Source of the DNA: an uncultured virus (IMG/VR IMGVR_UViG_3300020727_000006)
Lineage: Duplodnaviria > Heunggongvirae > Uroviricota > Caudoviricetes
Reading direction: 5' to 3' (one strand)
Length of the DNA stretch: 64,000 nucleotides
Virus record (IMG/VR): IMGVR_UViG_3300020727_000006
This document shows positions 49,401 to 58,156 of the stretch, in pieces; positions within the stretch are counted from its first letter, which is position 1, and the number at the start of each line of letters is the position of its first letter. The position numbers and the translations under genes were made by a program. The notes below the pieces were generated by a model that worked only from the letters and a program-made list of their open reading frames with translations, did no database searches and was not told the DNA's origin.

Positions 49401-50090
49401 TAACAATGTAACAAGAACAAATATTCCATTACCAAATGTAACATCGTTAATTGATGTGTAGGTAATTGCCCCACCAGTTGCTAGTAGTGTCCAAAAAGTT
49501 GTATTGGTTGGAAGAATACCAGCAGTAGTAGTAGCGATGCAAAGATATGAATTGCCGCTATAACTTACAACTGTTCCGCTTGTATATGATACTGATGCAC
49601 TATAGGTTTGTGTTCCCTGATTCCAAACTGTACCATTACTACTATAAAGCACTGTGCCATTTGCGCCAACGGCCACAAAATAACCAAGCCCATATGCAAT
49701 GCCCAATAAATCACTGGTTGTTCCGCTATCGGTGTTGCTCCAATTAGTTGCATCTGTACTAGTTAAAATGTGACCAGAAGTACCAACTGCAACATATATT
49801 GTTCCATTCCATGCAATGGCATTATACTGTGCTTTGGCATTTCCTGTTTGTGGATTATAACCAGCGTCATTATTCCTAAAGGTGTAGCTGTTGGCTAAAT
49901 TTAAAATATCGCTGTATTCAGTAAGAATTTCTGTATTGCCAGTTTCTGGTGCACCATCGACAAGTTGACCATTGCCGATAAAAAGACGACGCTGATCAAC
50001 GCTGTAACCAAGTTCGGCCTTAGCGAGTTGTGGTAAATTTTCTAGTAGACCGCTACGATGGGATATACGGGAAATTTGAACGATTGCCAT
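46437..50090 (-). CDS. Tail fibre/baseplate receptor-binding protein (beta-propeller repeats, CBM-like module, pectate-lyase-like beta-helix)
   Basis: LPQLAKAELG..RRLFIGNG N-terminus; VAVG..G..S.DG.TW repeats; VSVKDFGARGDGVTDDT. Confidence 0.8.
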   Translation of the reverse strand: MAIVQISRISHRSGLLENLPQLAKAELGYSVDQRRLFIGNGQLVDGAPETGNTEILTEYSDILNLANSYTFRNNDAGYNPQTGNAKAQYNAIAWNGTIYVAVGTSGHILTSTDATNWSNTDSGTTSDLLGIAYGLGYFVAVGANGTVLYSSNGTVWNQGTQTYSASVSYTSGTVVSYSGNSYLCIATTTAGILPTNTTFWTLLATGGAITYTSINDVTFGNGIFVLVTLLGGVFTSVNGITWQSHTSGVSVPLNAITYANGKYVAVGKSGTVVYSTDAVSWTNKSISSFDLLGIRYLTTSGGSSYIATAANNKVYYSSDAVTWNRSLVDSFVGVATDGTSAYALTSWGDVYKNSYGVLNYISSIASNIENFTNIYYSSNAFMALTGSGGIYVSADAITWTTLSSGVATSLNTTYYDGTTSWVTVGNGGVILTNTTISTTATTTANSSSITSVGNLTIANGQYIVGAGIPANTTVVSGAGTSTLVLSNPVTATGTAVTIVAFSTFASRTSGTTSNLYGINRIPSSSWIAVGAGGIVITSPNLTTWTAQSSGLSTDLRNITVANLGGGTYRAIAVGVGGKGIYSANGTAWSIAINNSATNPSGSPVTLSDLNAVIYQTFTAPGAGSPTSLYTVVGDNGIVATSTNGTTWSTTTTYTNSNFLDIIYTGTYFFAVGDVGLTYLASQDSVTWTPTSVYYGSNLLAPNLNDAATNASYSVLGGQYGYLYHASNQYVYWRNVVQYLNYTTDALLYNAGQFIAVGAAGQISNSVNGIAWTSQSYTFGNSSTIRKLQDKLDDFVSVKDFGARGDGVTDDTEAINRALYEIYCRTSSYPAKKRLYFPAGNYIVSGSINVPSNARIEGEGTFNTQITQTANPYIYPYITWVMYTADNKQQIQNLIGLNGAGLPNDITISDLTLKSLNDGIVIDSASRVTLNNVRLQGPISSVTALTDTISGNITSAVKILGRSLTFPSDVNLVDCLITGFNVGLYVPATQSASNALMDSCTFNNLYNGVYLVGSSAKGVTLSNSVMDQIYSYGAYITNATNFVSFANYYKDVGDSLNGASSPVVPVIYFDSATAIGCASVGDSFDRTDSNRVTETVNSVEWNYTVGLRLGTEHHLMGQSLVLAASTTSRLGTNFYSVASQVVGMLVDYTIYRNSGSQVRTGMLKLTLTPTGIYSIEDDGTQNADTGVTLGFDGTDLTYTSDSNGTGLINYAIRYLEML

Positions 50091-50094
50091 ATGG

Positions 50095-50118
50095 AATATC
50101 TCTCTTTAGAGATATTTA
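50095..50118 (-). promoter_or_regulatory. Late promoter plus RBS-occluding hairpin
   Basis: TAAATA overlapping AATATCTCT-AAAG-AGAGATATT. Confidence 0.6.
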
Positions 50119-50165
50119 TGTATAAATGGCAATGCTATTTGCAATAAAAAAACAATGGGAAAAAA

Positions 50166-50861
50166 TTATTCAGAGTAAAATTTTGTAACTCTGTCCCACC
50201 ATACTTGAGTCCAGTGTTCAAAATCATCGCCTTTGATAATCCATCGCTGTGGCTCACAATCTTTGCTGCACATAAGGATAACAATCTGTGATATATCTGT
50301 GCCAAACAACTCGTTGTGTGCAGCAGCATACGCAGCGCCTTGAATGAAATAGTCATGAATCCATTCAGTTTTCTTGGGTTTATTGGTTTGTTTGTAATCT
50401 ACGATAGATGGTTTACCATTATAAACGCCAACAAGATCAGTAGTGCCAGCATAAAGTTGCGGGTAATATAGCGCAGTTTCCATGCCCCAATATTCTTGCA
50501 TCTGACCTTTCATATAATTCTCGATAATAGTAGTTGCCATCTTAGCAGCATCGGCATGAACTAAATTACTGCCTGTTTTTAATTCTCCAGTTTCAAGCCA
50601 ATTTTCTAACTGCTTGTGCATTGAAGTGCCGCGACCAGCAGCTTCTGTTGTAATAGCTTGTGCTTTTACAACACCTACACGCTTTTTCCACTCGTATAAT
50701 GATTTCTTTTTTTCTTCACTCTTTGTTTTATCAAGGATCGTAGTTACACTAGCAACAACATCGCCTTCTGGCGTTTGATATCTACGACCTTCAACAGTTT
50801 CTTTTCGTGTGATTTGTTTATAATCATACAGCGGATTGTGCGTTACATATGGATTTGTCAT
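50166..50861 (-). CDS. PD-(D/E)xK exonuclease (Cas4/MGME1-like, phage type)
   Basis: SVTTIL, RGTSMH, E..LY, AGTTD, IVDYK, Q..AY. Confidence 0.88.
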   Translation of the reverse strand: MTNPYVTHNPLYDYKQITRKETVEGRRYQTPEGDVVASVTTILDKTKSEEKKKSLYEWKKRVGVVKAQAITTEAAGRGTSMHKQLENWLETGELKTGSNLVHADAAKMATTIIENYMKGQMQEYWGMETALYYPQLYAGTTDLVGVYNGKPSIVDYKQTNKPKKTEWIHDYFIQGAAYAAAHNELFGTDISQIVILMCSKDCEPQRWIIKGDDFEHWTQVWWDRVTKFYSE

Positions 50862-50867
50862 ATTATT

Positions 50868-50895
50868 AATATATCACAAAATTGCCAGATGTCAA
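50868..50895 (-). promoter_or_regulatory. Sigma70-type early promoter, leaderless
   Basis: TTGACA-16 nt-TATATT-6 nt-ATG. Confidence 0.75.
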
Positions 50896-50904
50896 GTGGT
50901 TTTT

Positions 50905-51243
50905 TTACCAGCTAATCTGCCAAGATATATGCGTTCCATCTAAACTTAAACGACTTACTGTATAACCAAGAGCAGAAAAATTGTTTATAACAGCGTTCAT
51001 TTGAGCAGCACATAACAAATTACTATTAGTAGTTTGCCAAGTGCTGTAATAATTTGGATCAAGAGTCATTGGAGTACCAGCAATATTTGCGCCACTTACC
51101 ATCGTATATGTATTGCCTTTAATCTGAACAGATGTTTGGTTATTGTCAACAGCATTAATAATATTAATATTAATTAACGCAAGTTCAGTTTCAACAATTA
51201 CGCTATCAACACTTGCAATTCTGGCATTTGTGGCATTAAACAT
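50905..51243 (-). CDS. Hypothetical late protein
   Basis: TAAATA and GGAG upstream. Confidence 0.65.
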   Translation of the reverse strand: MFNATNARIASVDSVIVETELALININIINAVDNNQTSVQIKGNTYTMVSGANIAGTPMTLDPNYYSTWQTTNSNLLCAAQMNAVINNFSALGYTVSRLSLDGTHISWQISW

Positions 51244-51257
51244 TTGTGGCTCCGTTA

Positions 51258-52061
51258 TTATTTATTGGATTTTTTATTCTTTTTAACCTTGAATGTTTTA
51301 CCACCAACAGTAAATTCGCTGTGTCCTGCTTCACGAGCAGCAGCAAGAGCACCAGTAAATTGGTTACCTTCGCTTATACTTAATTCAACATCGGTTGCTT
51401 GAGAGCCAGCTTTATATAGTTTTTCTATATCGCCAACATTGCGTAGCAATTTAAATGCAAGGTTATCAACACCAAATTCACCATCTTTTTCAAGACCACT
51501 TTGGCGCATCGTTTTAATTTTTTTCTTTAATCTATTAATTGTTTCGCTATCGCCGCTGTCTATTGCTTGGTCAATTTCATTATGAAGATATTCATACTTG
51601 TCTTCAATATTAGAAGTGTCAGGCGTTGCTGTAATTTTCTTTGGAAATTTTACCCAATTATCATCATATACGCTATATATGCCATTGGAGATATGCTTCT
51701 CGTCACTGTTTTGTACATATACTTCGACGGAATGACCAAATATAGATATATCATGCTGGTCATTAAACGCACTTTTCTTAGCAAGAAACATTTCTTTAAG
51801 GTCTACTTCGCATGGACCATTAATATCTGCAATTAAATGCAAATCTATGTCGCTCATTGAAGTGTAATTGAATGAAGCATTGCTGCCGCTAACAGTAATA
51901 TCAGTTAATTTAATATCTGCAATGTTAATAAAAGCTAAGAACTCTTTAGCAATTTTAAAAAGAGCAAGACGAACTTGCGGCTTCAAGCGATTATTATCCC
52001 ACAGTTGTGGATTAAGTTTATCATGAAAATGTGTAAGCTGGTCTATATCATCAACGCGCAT
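51258..52061 (-). CDS. Pol-beta superfamily nucleotidyltransferase, probably virion-packaged
   Basis: SGSNASFNY..SDIDLH, VEVYVQ, GIYS; C-terminal EGNQFTGALAAA..FTVGGKTFKV module. Confidence 0.8.
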   Translation of the reverse strand: MRVDDIDQLTHFHDKLNPQLWDNNRLKPQVRLALFKIAKEFLAFINIADIKLTDITVSGSNASFNYTSMSDIDLHLIADINGPCEVDLKEMFLAKKSAFNDQHDISIFGHSVEVYVQNSDEKHISNGIYSVYDDNWVKFPKKITATPDTSNIEDKYEYLHNEIDQAIDSGDSETINRLKKKIKTMRQSGLEKDGEFGVDNLAFKLLRNVGDIEKLYKAGSQATDVELSISEGNQFTGALAAAREAGHSEFTVGGKTFKVKKNKKSNK

Positions 52062-52071
52062 TAAGTATTTA

Positions 52072-52413
52072 TTAGAACTTAGCTGCGTTACTTGCCATCT
52101 GATCTACGGTTTTTTCTTCCGCATTATTATCATCTAGCGACTCATCGTCGGCAGGAGATTTTTTACCTAGCGTAATGCTATCTTGATTTGCATCGCCAAT
52201 CATATCTTTTAAGCCAGTGTTTTCTTCATCTGCCATCATATCTTGTAAAATATCAAAGTTAAATTGATATCCAGCATTGTTCATTAGACGAGCAATATTT
52301 GCCATCGGAATTTTTTCGCCTGGCTTTGTTTTACTTTCCAGATATTGTAAAATTGTCATGAGAAATGCTTCCTCACCTTTTACAAAATCTGGAGCAACTT
52401 CAAAAAGTTTCAT
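52072..52413 (-). CDS. Hypothetical acidic head-associated protein
   Basis: MKLFEV N-terminus; acidic tail ending VDQMASNA. Confidence 0.6.
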   Translation of the reverse strand: MKLFEVAPDFVKGEEAFLMTILQYLESKTKPGEKIPMANIARLMNNAGYQFNFDILQDMMADEENTGLKDMIGDANQDSITLGKKSPADDESLDDNNAEEKTVDQMASNAAKF

Positions 52414-52414
52414 A

Positions 52415-53353
52415 TTATGCTCTGCGACCACGGCCCATTTCAGCGCCAACTCCACCAGCCGCAGCATCTGCTGCATCAAGTTCGCTGGCATTATCACGAG
52501 GCGGCGTTATTGCTTCGTCTCCGCCTACTGGAGCATTCATATCTGGCGCTGGTTCTCCGCCCATATCGCTGCCCATATCATCGCCACCGCCCATATCCAT
52601 AGGTTGACCGCCGCCAACTGCACGGCTAGCGTTGTCAAGAGCATCACGAGCACTATTTGCTGCGTCTAGCAGAGTAGAAAGAGTTGTCTTAGTTGCTTCG
52701 CTGAACTGGTTAGCTTGGTCCATGCCAATCTGATCCTTCATTGCGCTAACAAGTGCTGGAAGTTTTTCGTTCTGCATATCGCTGATTTTTTCAACGATGT
52801 CTTGTACGCTATCTGCAAGGTCACGAGCAGCCATGGTAACACGGGCTTGTTCAATCTCACCCTCGGTAAGTGCAGGTGGAAGAGTATAGCTTTCATTCTT
52901 TGCCATCTTAGTAGCAGTAGCATACATTACTTCATCACCACGAGGTCCATAACGCTTGCTAAATTCATCTTTGCGCTTTTCGAGTGCACCCTTGTAGTGC
53001 TCACGCTTTTTTAATTCAGTTGGTGTCAATTCGCGTTCGTTAAGATTTATCGCACAAAAACGATCAATTCTGCGCATTGCTTCACTAAGACGAGTGCGTT
53101 TTGTTGTCATTTCATTCTTCCAAGTTTCTAAAATTTTTCCAACCATTACAGCTTCCATATATTGTGGATTTCGCTCTGCATGATGAGCTTGGCTAGTGCT
53201 TTTAATCTTTCTGATTTTGCTACCAATAGTTTGCAACATTTGTGATGCATCGTTTTCGGTGATAGTATTTAAGTTTAACTGCCAACGATAAACCTTATTC
53301 AACTGTTGATTCAACTCAGTGGCTGAAACACTTCCAAATTCTTTAACAAACAT
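52415..53353 (-). CDS. Prohead core/scaffold-like protein
   Basis: Helical, LTEGE motif, VMYATATKMA, acidic Gly/Pro tail ending GRGRR; late promoter. Confidence 0.55.
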   Translation of the reverse strand: MFVKEFGSVSATELNQQLNKVYRWQLNLNTITENDASQMLQTIGSKIRKIKSTSQAHHAERNPQYMEAVMVGKILETWKNEMTTKRTRLSEAMRRIDRFCAINLNERELTPTELKKREHYKGALEKRKDEFSKRYGPRGDEVMYATATKMAKNESYTLPPALTEGEIEQARVTMAARDLADSVQDIVEKISDMQNEKLPALVSAMKDQIGMDQANQFSEATKTTLSTLLDAANSARDALDNASRAVGGGQPMDMGGGDDMGSDMGGEPAPDMNAPVGGDEAITPPRDNASELDAADAAAGGVGAEMGRGRRA

Positions 53354-53379
53354 AGTAATGTCCTTACATTTAATAGTAT

Positions 53380-53817
53380 TTATTGCAGTGAGACAGTTTT
53401 CTCTAATTCGTGTAACTGTTGATCTAACAATTCTAATTCAGTTTCAACATTAACAAGCCTATCTGCATATATTTGGTTATCTGGATTAGCTTTATATCTT
53501 ATAGAATACATTTGCTTATCGCCAAGATAAATGTCTAACTGTTTATCAATTACTGTCGCTCGTTGAATATCACGATAATATCGCTTACTTGCCAATGCCG
53601 CAAGCAATATAGCTACTCGTCGTTGACGCAATTTGGCAATAATTGATTTGCCTTTTGTTACTTGCCACAAGTTATCTACAAGTTTTACATTGATACCATT
53701 GACAAGGTATCCGTTCCCCACGGATTTTACAATCACTGCTCCTTTTTGGGATAGGTGACTGTATTCTTCCGTGACGAATTGTTTGATTTTGTTAAGAGTT
53801 GCGGTTTCATCTATCAT
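53380..53817 (-). CDS. Hypothetical protein
   Basis: ORF with upstream TTGACA promoter. Confidence 0.6.
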   Translation of the reverse strand: MIDETATLNKIKQFVTEEYSHLSQKGAVIVKSVGNGYLVNGINVKLVDNLWQVTKGKSIIAKLRQRRVAILLAALASKRYYRDIQRATVIDKQLDIYLGDKQMYSIRYKANPDNQIYADRLVNVETELELLDQQLHELEKTVSLQ

Positions 53818-53853
53818 AATATTATAATAGCATAACGCTGTCTCTTATGTCAA

Positions 53854-54126
53854 TTAAGTATGTGATTTTGCAACATATAATATAAGTCCCAAAAGTGCCG
53901 TTAATAGTGAGCCAATAATGCCAATTCCTAAGCCAACGAGTTTTTTATAAGCCAAAGTTTCTTTTTCGATTAACATAGATTTAATTTCGCTGACTATGGA
54001 TTCGACCTTTGCAAGTCTTGCTTCCATAGTGTTCATTTTATTATCCATTTGTTCATAACGCTCTGCACAGATATCAACATGCGCTTCTAAACTGGTTCGC
54101 TCTATTTCATATGGTTTATTTGCCAT
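53854..54126 (-). CDS. Coiled-coil protein with C-terminal TM
   Basis: SLEAHVDICAERY, coil, TM; GGAG RBS. Confidence 0.65.
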   Translation of the reverse strand: MANKPYEIERTSLEAHVDICAERYEQMDNKMNTMEARLAKVESIVSEIKSMLIEKETLAYKKLVGLGIGIIGSLLTALLGLILYVAKSHT

Positions 54127-54165
54127 AACAACTCCATGCATTGCAAATAATATTTATTATGACAC

Positions 54166-54531
54166 TTATAATAATAAAAACACTATATTTTGATTATCGC
54201 CATTTGTAACAGTATAATGATCAAGGTTTTTGGCAGTTTCTTCTAATCCAGTAATCATTGGTATAAGGTCAATATTGCTTTCTAACTCAGTTATATCACC
54301 ATCAAAATTATCTATATTGAAATCAAACATCCATATTTCTTCATGGCCACTATATTTTTTACCAAACCCTAAACCATCTGTATTACGAAAAAATTTTCTA
54401 GGATAAGATTGAATAGTAGGAATAGATTTTATATTAATTGCTTGCATAAGAGTGTGCCAATTTTTAAGTTGGTCTGCGGCATGATAGTCACCATTTCTGG
54501 TAATATCAAATAGTGTCATACATCTAATCAT
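54166..54531 (-). CDS. Hypothetical protein
   Basis: TLFDIT, NW.TL.Q, PMITGLEE. Confidence 0.6.
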   Translation of the reverse strand: MIRCMTLFDITRNGDYHAADQLKNWHTLMQAINIKSIPTIQSYPRKFFRNTDGLGFGKKYSGHEEIWMFDFNIDNFDGDITELESNIDLIPMITGLEETAKNLDHYTVTNGDNQNIVFLLL

Positions 54532-54563
54532 GTTTTTACTTATAGTAGAGTAATTTAGACAAA

Positions 54564-54587
54564 GAAAAAGGGCGGTTACCCGCCCTT
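54564..54587 (-). terminator. Intrinsic terminator
   Basis: AAGGGCGG/CCGCCCTT stem plus T-run. Confidence 0.75.
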
Positions 54588-54614
54588 GAACTTGTTTAAT
54601 ATATCTGTGATATA

Positions 54615-54995
54615 TTAAGTATAGCTTAGCTTGAAACCACGAGCTGCGATCATAGTGCCAGTAACATCAACGCTGTTGTTACCAACAGTTGTTCCTGCGC
54701 TACGAATGATGCCTTGAATGTCGGTTGCACTGAAGTGTGAAGCACCTTCAAGAAGTAGACTGATGTTACCACCGCTACCATTCTCAATCTGATAAGCAAG
54801 AACAGTGACATTTGACTCAAGAGTGTTTAGGATTGCAGGAACTGCATAATTAACACCCACTTCACCACGAAGGTCAACTGCACTACCGCCACTTGCTGCA
54901 ACATAACCTGCAACTGCAAGAGGGGTCTTACCGATAAAACTAATCATGCTACCAGCAGGACCAGCATTACCACTTATACGATAAAAATCTGCCAT
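54615..54995 (-). CDS. Small, probably abundant virion protein
   Basis: Own TATAAATA promoter, GGAG RBS and terminator; G/A/S/T-rich. Confidence 0.6.
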   Translation of the reverse strand: MADFYRISGNAGPAGSMISFIGKTPLAVAGYVAASGGSAVDLRGEVGVNYAVPAILNTLESNVTVLAYQIENGSGGNISLLLEGASHFSATDIQGIIRSAGTTVGNNSVDVTGTMIAARGFKLSYT

Positions 54996-55053
54996 TTTAA
55001 TTCTCCAAAATATTGCGTCTATTACGCTACTATTATTTATACATAATTATGAT

Positions 55054-56196
55054 TTATGGGGTATTACTCTTCTGCGGCATTATACCCTGTCTAGCCAGTG
55101 ATTTAGCTACTGCTTCTCTTTTATTTGGATCAGCTAGTGTATTTGCCAATGTTTGAGCAATATTTGGACTATCTGGATCAAGACCAATATACTTTAGTAG
55201 TTGACTGTTACGATTTGATAGTCTACTACCAGTCCCAGATTCACTACCAGCGCCAGAATCTAAACTTTTTCCTGGATTATCATTTGACCATTTACGATTC
55301 TTGTACCAAGTTTCAGCGGCATCATTTGCCAATTTATCAATTAGTTCGGGGTCAACTGATATTAGACTAGTTGATGAATCAAAAGAAACCGCAGCTTCAC
55401 TGATAATATTACTAGGATTTCTGTATACACTGCTGTTTAATCTTTTAGTAATTTCAGCATAACGAGGATCACTTGGTTTAATTGTTTCGCCACCAACAGT
55501 TATAGGCTGTGGAGTTTTAACTTTTAAATCTTCTGGTGATTTAGCAGCCGCCGCCGCTTTTATCTGGTCAGGATTCATGCTGCCAGTTGCTGGTTCTTTT
55601 GTTTTTGAGAAATAACGGCGAGTAAGTTCTTGCGCAACTTTATCATTTGCAAATTTACCACTGCCGCCAGTTCTAGGAGAAACTTCTGCCCACTTAGCGC
55701 CTTCCCAACGATATTTTGTTACACCGCCACCTGCTGCACGAGATTTTCCAATCTCTACTTCAGCACCTCGTGGTATAGTTTGTTGTTTTTGTTCTCCGCC
55801 AGCAGCGGCACCTGCTGCAGAACTGCCAGCACTGGTATCTTTATTAGCGCCAGCAGCACCTGCGGGTTGTTCTCCACCAGTAGCGCCAGCACCGCCTAAG
55901 AAATATTCTTTAAATCGCTCAATATCGGTGTCAGTAATAAAGCCAGCGCCCATTTTCTTAAGATTGGCATAAACTGCGTCTTCAATGCCTTTGGCAAGTT
56001 GCATTGGGTCTTTAGATATGCCTTGACCAACTCGCGGGTCTTTTTGATTTCGCAAAGCAACGGTTTTAGAATATTCAGAAATAGCATAGTTAATGAACTT
56101 CTTCATTGACTCTGCAGTAGCTTTAAACTCAGGACTGCCTACTTGTGGCGGTTCGCCTGGCTTTGTTAATTCTGTCAAAAACTCAACGGCTCTCAT
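55054..56196 (-). CDS. Low-complexity probable internal head protein
   Basis: MRAVEFLTE N-terminus; Ala/Gly/Pro linkers. Confidence 0.55.
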   Translation of the reverse strand: MRAVEFLTELTKPGEPPQVGSPEFKATAESMKKFINYAISEYSKTVALRNQKDPRVGQGISKDPMQLAKGIEDAVYANLKKMGAGFITDTDIERFKEYFLGGAGATGGEQPAGAAGANKDTSAGSSAAGAAAGGEQKQQTIPRGAEVEIGKSRAAGGGVTKYRWEGAKWAEVSPRTGGSGKFANDKVAQELTRRYFSKTKEPATGSMNPDQIKAAAAAKSPEDLKVKTPQPITVGGETIKPSDPRYAEITKRLNSSVYRNPSNIISEAAVSFDSSTSLISVDPELIDKLANDAAETWYKNRKWSNDNPGKSLDSGAGSESGTGSRLSNRNSQLLKYIGLDPDSPNIAQTLANTLADPNKREAVAKSLARQGIMPQKSNTP

Positions 56197-56431
56197 TTAT
56201 CTTCCTAAGACCTCGAATAAATTTAGCAGGGTCTTGTCCACGAATACTATTAATTAATCTGCGTTCAAGTTCATCTGCTTCTGGAGTATCATAATTTTCT
56301 CGTATTTGCGTAATTAAATTTATTGCACTGTTAATAATATGGTTTGCACGACTCTCCAACACTAAACCAGAATTTTTATTAATGGTCAGTGAACTTAATT
56401 CGTCTAATATTGAGCGGGTTTGTTTACGCAA
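56183..56431 (-). CDS. Conserved-looking small late protein
   Basis: TRSILDEL, ESRA.HII.SAINL, D..KF.RG; TTG start with GGAG. Confidence 0.65.
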   Translation of the reverse strand: MRKQTRSILDELSSLTINKNSGLVLESRANHIINSAINLITQIRENYDTPEADELERRLINSIRGQDPAKFIRGLRKINESR

Positions 56432-56510
56432 ATCTTAATACTCCACGAATATTTATTGAATAGTTGCTTTAAAAAATAATAAAGGATAACATATAATAAT
56501 ACATAATAGT

Positions 56511-57395
56511 ATGTCTGAACAATTTAAAATAACCCTTGCCAACCCCAATGATTTTTCTGACACGCATGAACTGTTGTTTAATTTAGATGATACTCCTATT
56601 GTTGAAAAATGGAAACAAAAGATAAACTTAGTAAACAAGCTAAACATACCAGTAGATGATCCTACTAGATTCTATGGAATGAATAGTGCCGAAGAAGATG
56701 CAAAGATTTCCATTGGTTTAATCAATAGAAATATTGAAACAATTAATTCATTTAAACCGCTGATAGACAGGGCAATGACATCTATTAGCGACACTGATAC
56801 TCTTAATCTATTGCATCATGTATTTGAAGAATATCATGGATTACTTAATGAACAAAACAGTGAGTTTTGGTTATCAGCGCCGCCAGAAGTACGCAAAGCC
56901 TTGTGTGATTTAAACATTAATGTTCATAGAGTTGAAAATGTTCGTGATAACAATGTCAGTAGATTTGTTGCAACATATTTTGCATTACCAAAAAGAAGCA
57001 AATTAGATATCGGTGATTACAGTAATTTAAAATGGCATATAAAATTTGGCGAGTTGTTTTTAAATTATGTAGAGGTAGGAAAAACGCTAGAAGATTTATG
57101 GCGCGATAACGATCAATATATTCATCCAGATGCATTTAAACCATGGATACATTACAGTGCTGATTTTACTGTTAGACTACATGACAATGCGCATAATGCA
57201 GAATTTAAATATGATGAATGTTGGAAATATTTTAAAAAGAATGCTGAATTTTTTAAAAAATTAGGATATTCATATAAAGATATACGATTAAATCCTGGAT
57301 TTATTAAACTTGGAAAATTAATATACAAAGATGAAAAAGATATTTTAGATAAAATACAAACACATCAATTTTTATCTAATGTTAGATTTTTATAA
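56511..57395 (+). CDS. AT-rich hypothetical protein
   Basis: LN.LH..FE, LN..VH..E, L.Y..VGK. Confidence 0.6.
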   Translation: MSEQFKITLANPNDFSDTHELLFNLDDTPIVEKWKQKINLVNKLNIPVDDPTRFYGMNSAEEDAKISIGLINRNIETINSFKPLIDRAMTSISDTDTLNLLHHVFEEYHGLLNEQNSEFWLSAPPEVRKALCDLNINVHRVENVRDNNVSRFVATYFALPKRSKLDIGDYSNLKWHIKFGELFLNYVEVGKTLEDLWRDNDQYIHPDAFKPWIHYSADFTVRLHDNAHNAEFKYDECWKYFKKNAEFFKKLGYSYKDIRLNPGFIKLGKLIYKDEKDILDKIQTHQFLSNVRFL

Positions 57396-58138
57396 AGACC
57401 TTTATAATATAAATTGTTTAGCAATAAATCAACTTTGTCTATTTTTTCCAAACGAGTTTTAACAACATCTGTTAATTTTTCTCGCAATTCAATCAACTTT
57501 TCTGCAGTATCAAAAACTAGTTCTTGATCAGCATTAGTAAGATTAAGATGTAATCTGTCTTTTTTACCACTATTAAACGCATTATGAACGGTGTTGGTGT
57601 GCAGCTTGTACAATTTAGTATAACTTGGCATAGTGACAAAACTATCATCGACATAAAAAAAACATTCTGGAACTTGCGTAACTATTGGCAAATGCCATCT
57701 AGCACTGCCAAAGTCAGTATGAAAATCCAATGATGAACTTGGTTTCATCAAAGAACTATTAATAATTCCAAATTTAATATTTGAAAGTTTTTCTATTTTG
57801 TCTAAAACTTCTATGATATATGGAAATTTTTCGGTTAGTAATGTAGTATAATATATAAAATCTTTTGGTTTTACTAATCTAAAATTTTCTATTAAATTGT
57901 TCCAGTTAATATCAGCAAACCCATCTAACGCATCAACAGACAAACTTGTTACTGTTGTTTTGTTTGGGTTAATTTGTTTTTCTATAGGCAAAGATGTGTC
58001 ATGCGTTCTTAGCCAAATTCTATTACTTCCTGTTAAATTAAAACATTCAAAATGATGTTTAACTACTTGGCTTCTAAATTTATTAAAATCAATGTCAATA
58101 TGACTTAAATCAACAAAATCTTCTAATTCTTTAAACAT
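57365..58138 (-). CDS. 2OG-Fe(II) oxygenase (Asp/Asn beta-hydroxylase-like)
   Basis: HTD, RWHLPI.T, H.AFN.G..DRLHL. Confidence 0.8.
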   Translation of the reverse strand: MFKELEDFVDLSHIDIDFNKFRSQVVKHHFECFNLTGSNRIWLRTHDTSLPIEKQINPNKTTVTSLSVDALDGFADINWNNLIENFRLVKPKDFIYYTTLLTEKFPYIIEVLDKIEKLSNIKFGIINSSLMKPSSSLDFHTDFGSARWHLPIVTQVPECFFYVDDSFVTMPSYTKLYKLHTNTVHNAFNSGKKDRLHLNLTNADQELVFDTAEKLIELREKLTDVVKTRLEKIDKVDLLLNNLYYKGLYKNLTLDKN

Positions 58139-58156
58139 AACATATTTATGTTGTCA

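Noticed and set aside
50166..50861. CRISPR-Cas (Cas4-like gene)
   Set aside because: No repeat-spacer array or other cas genes seen; this is the common solo phage exonuclease
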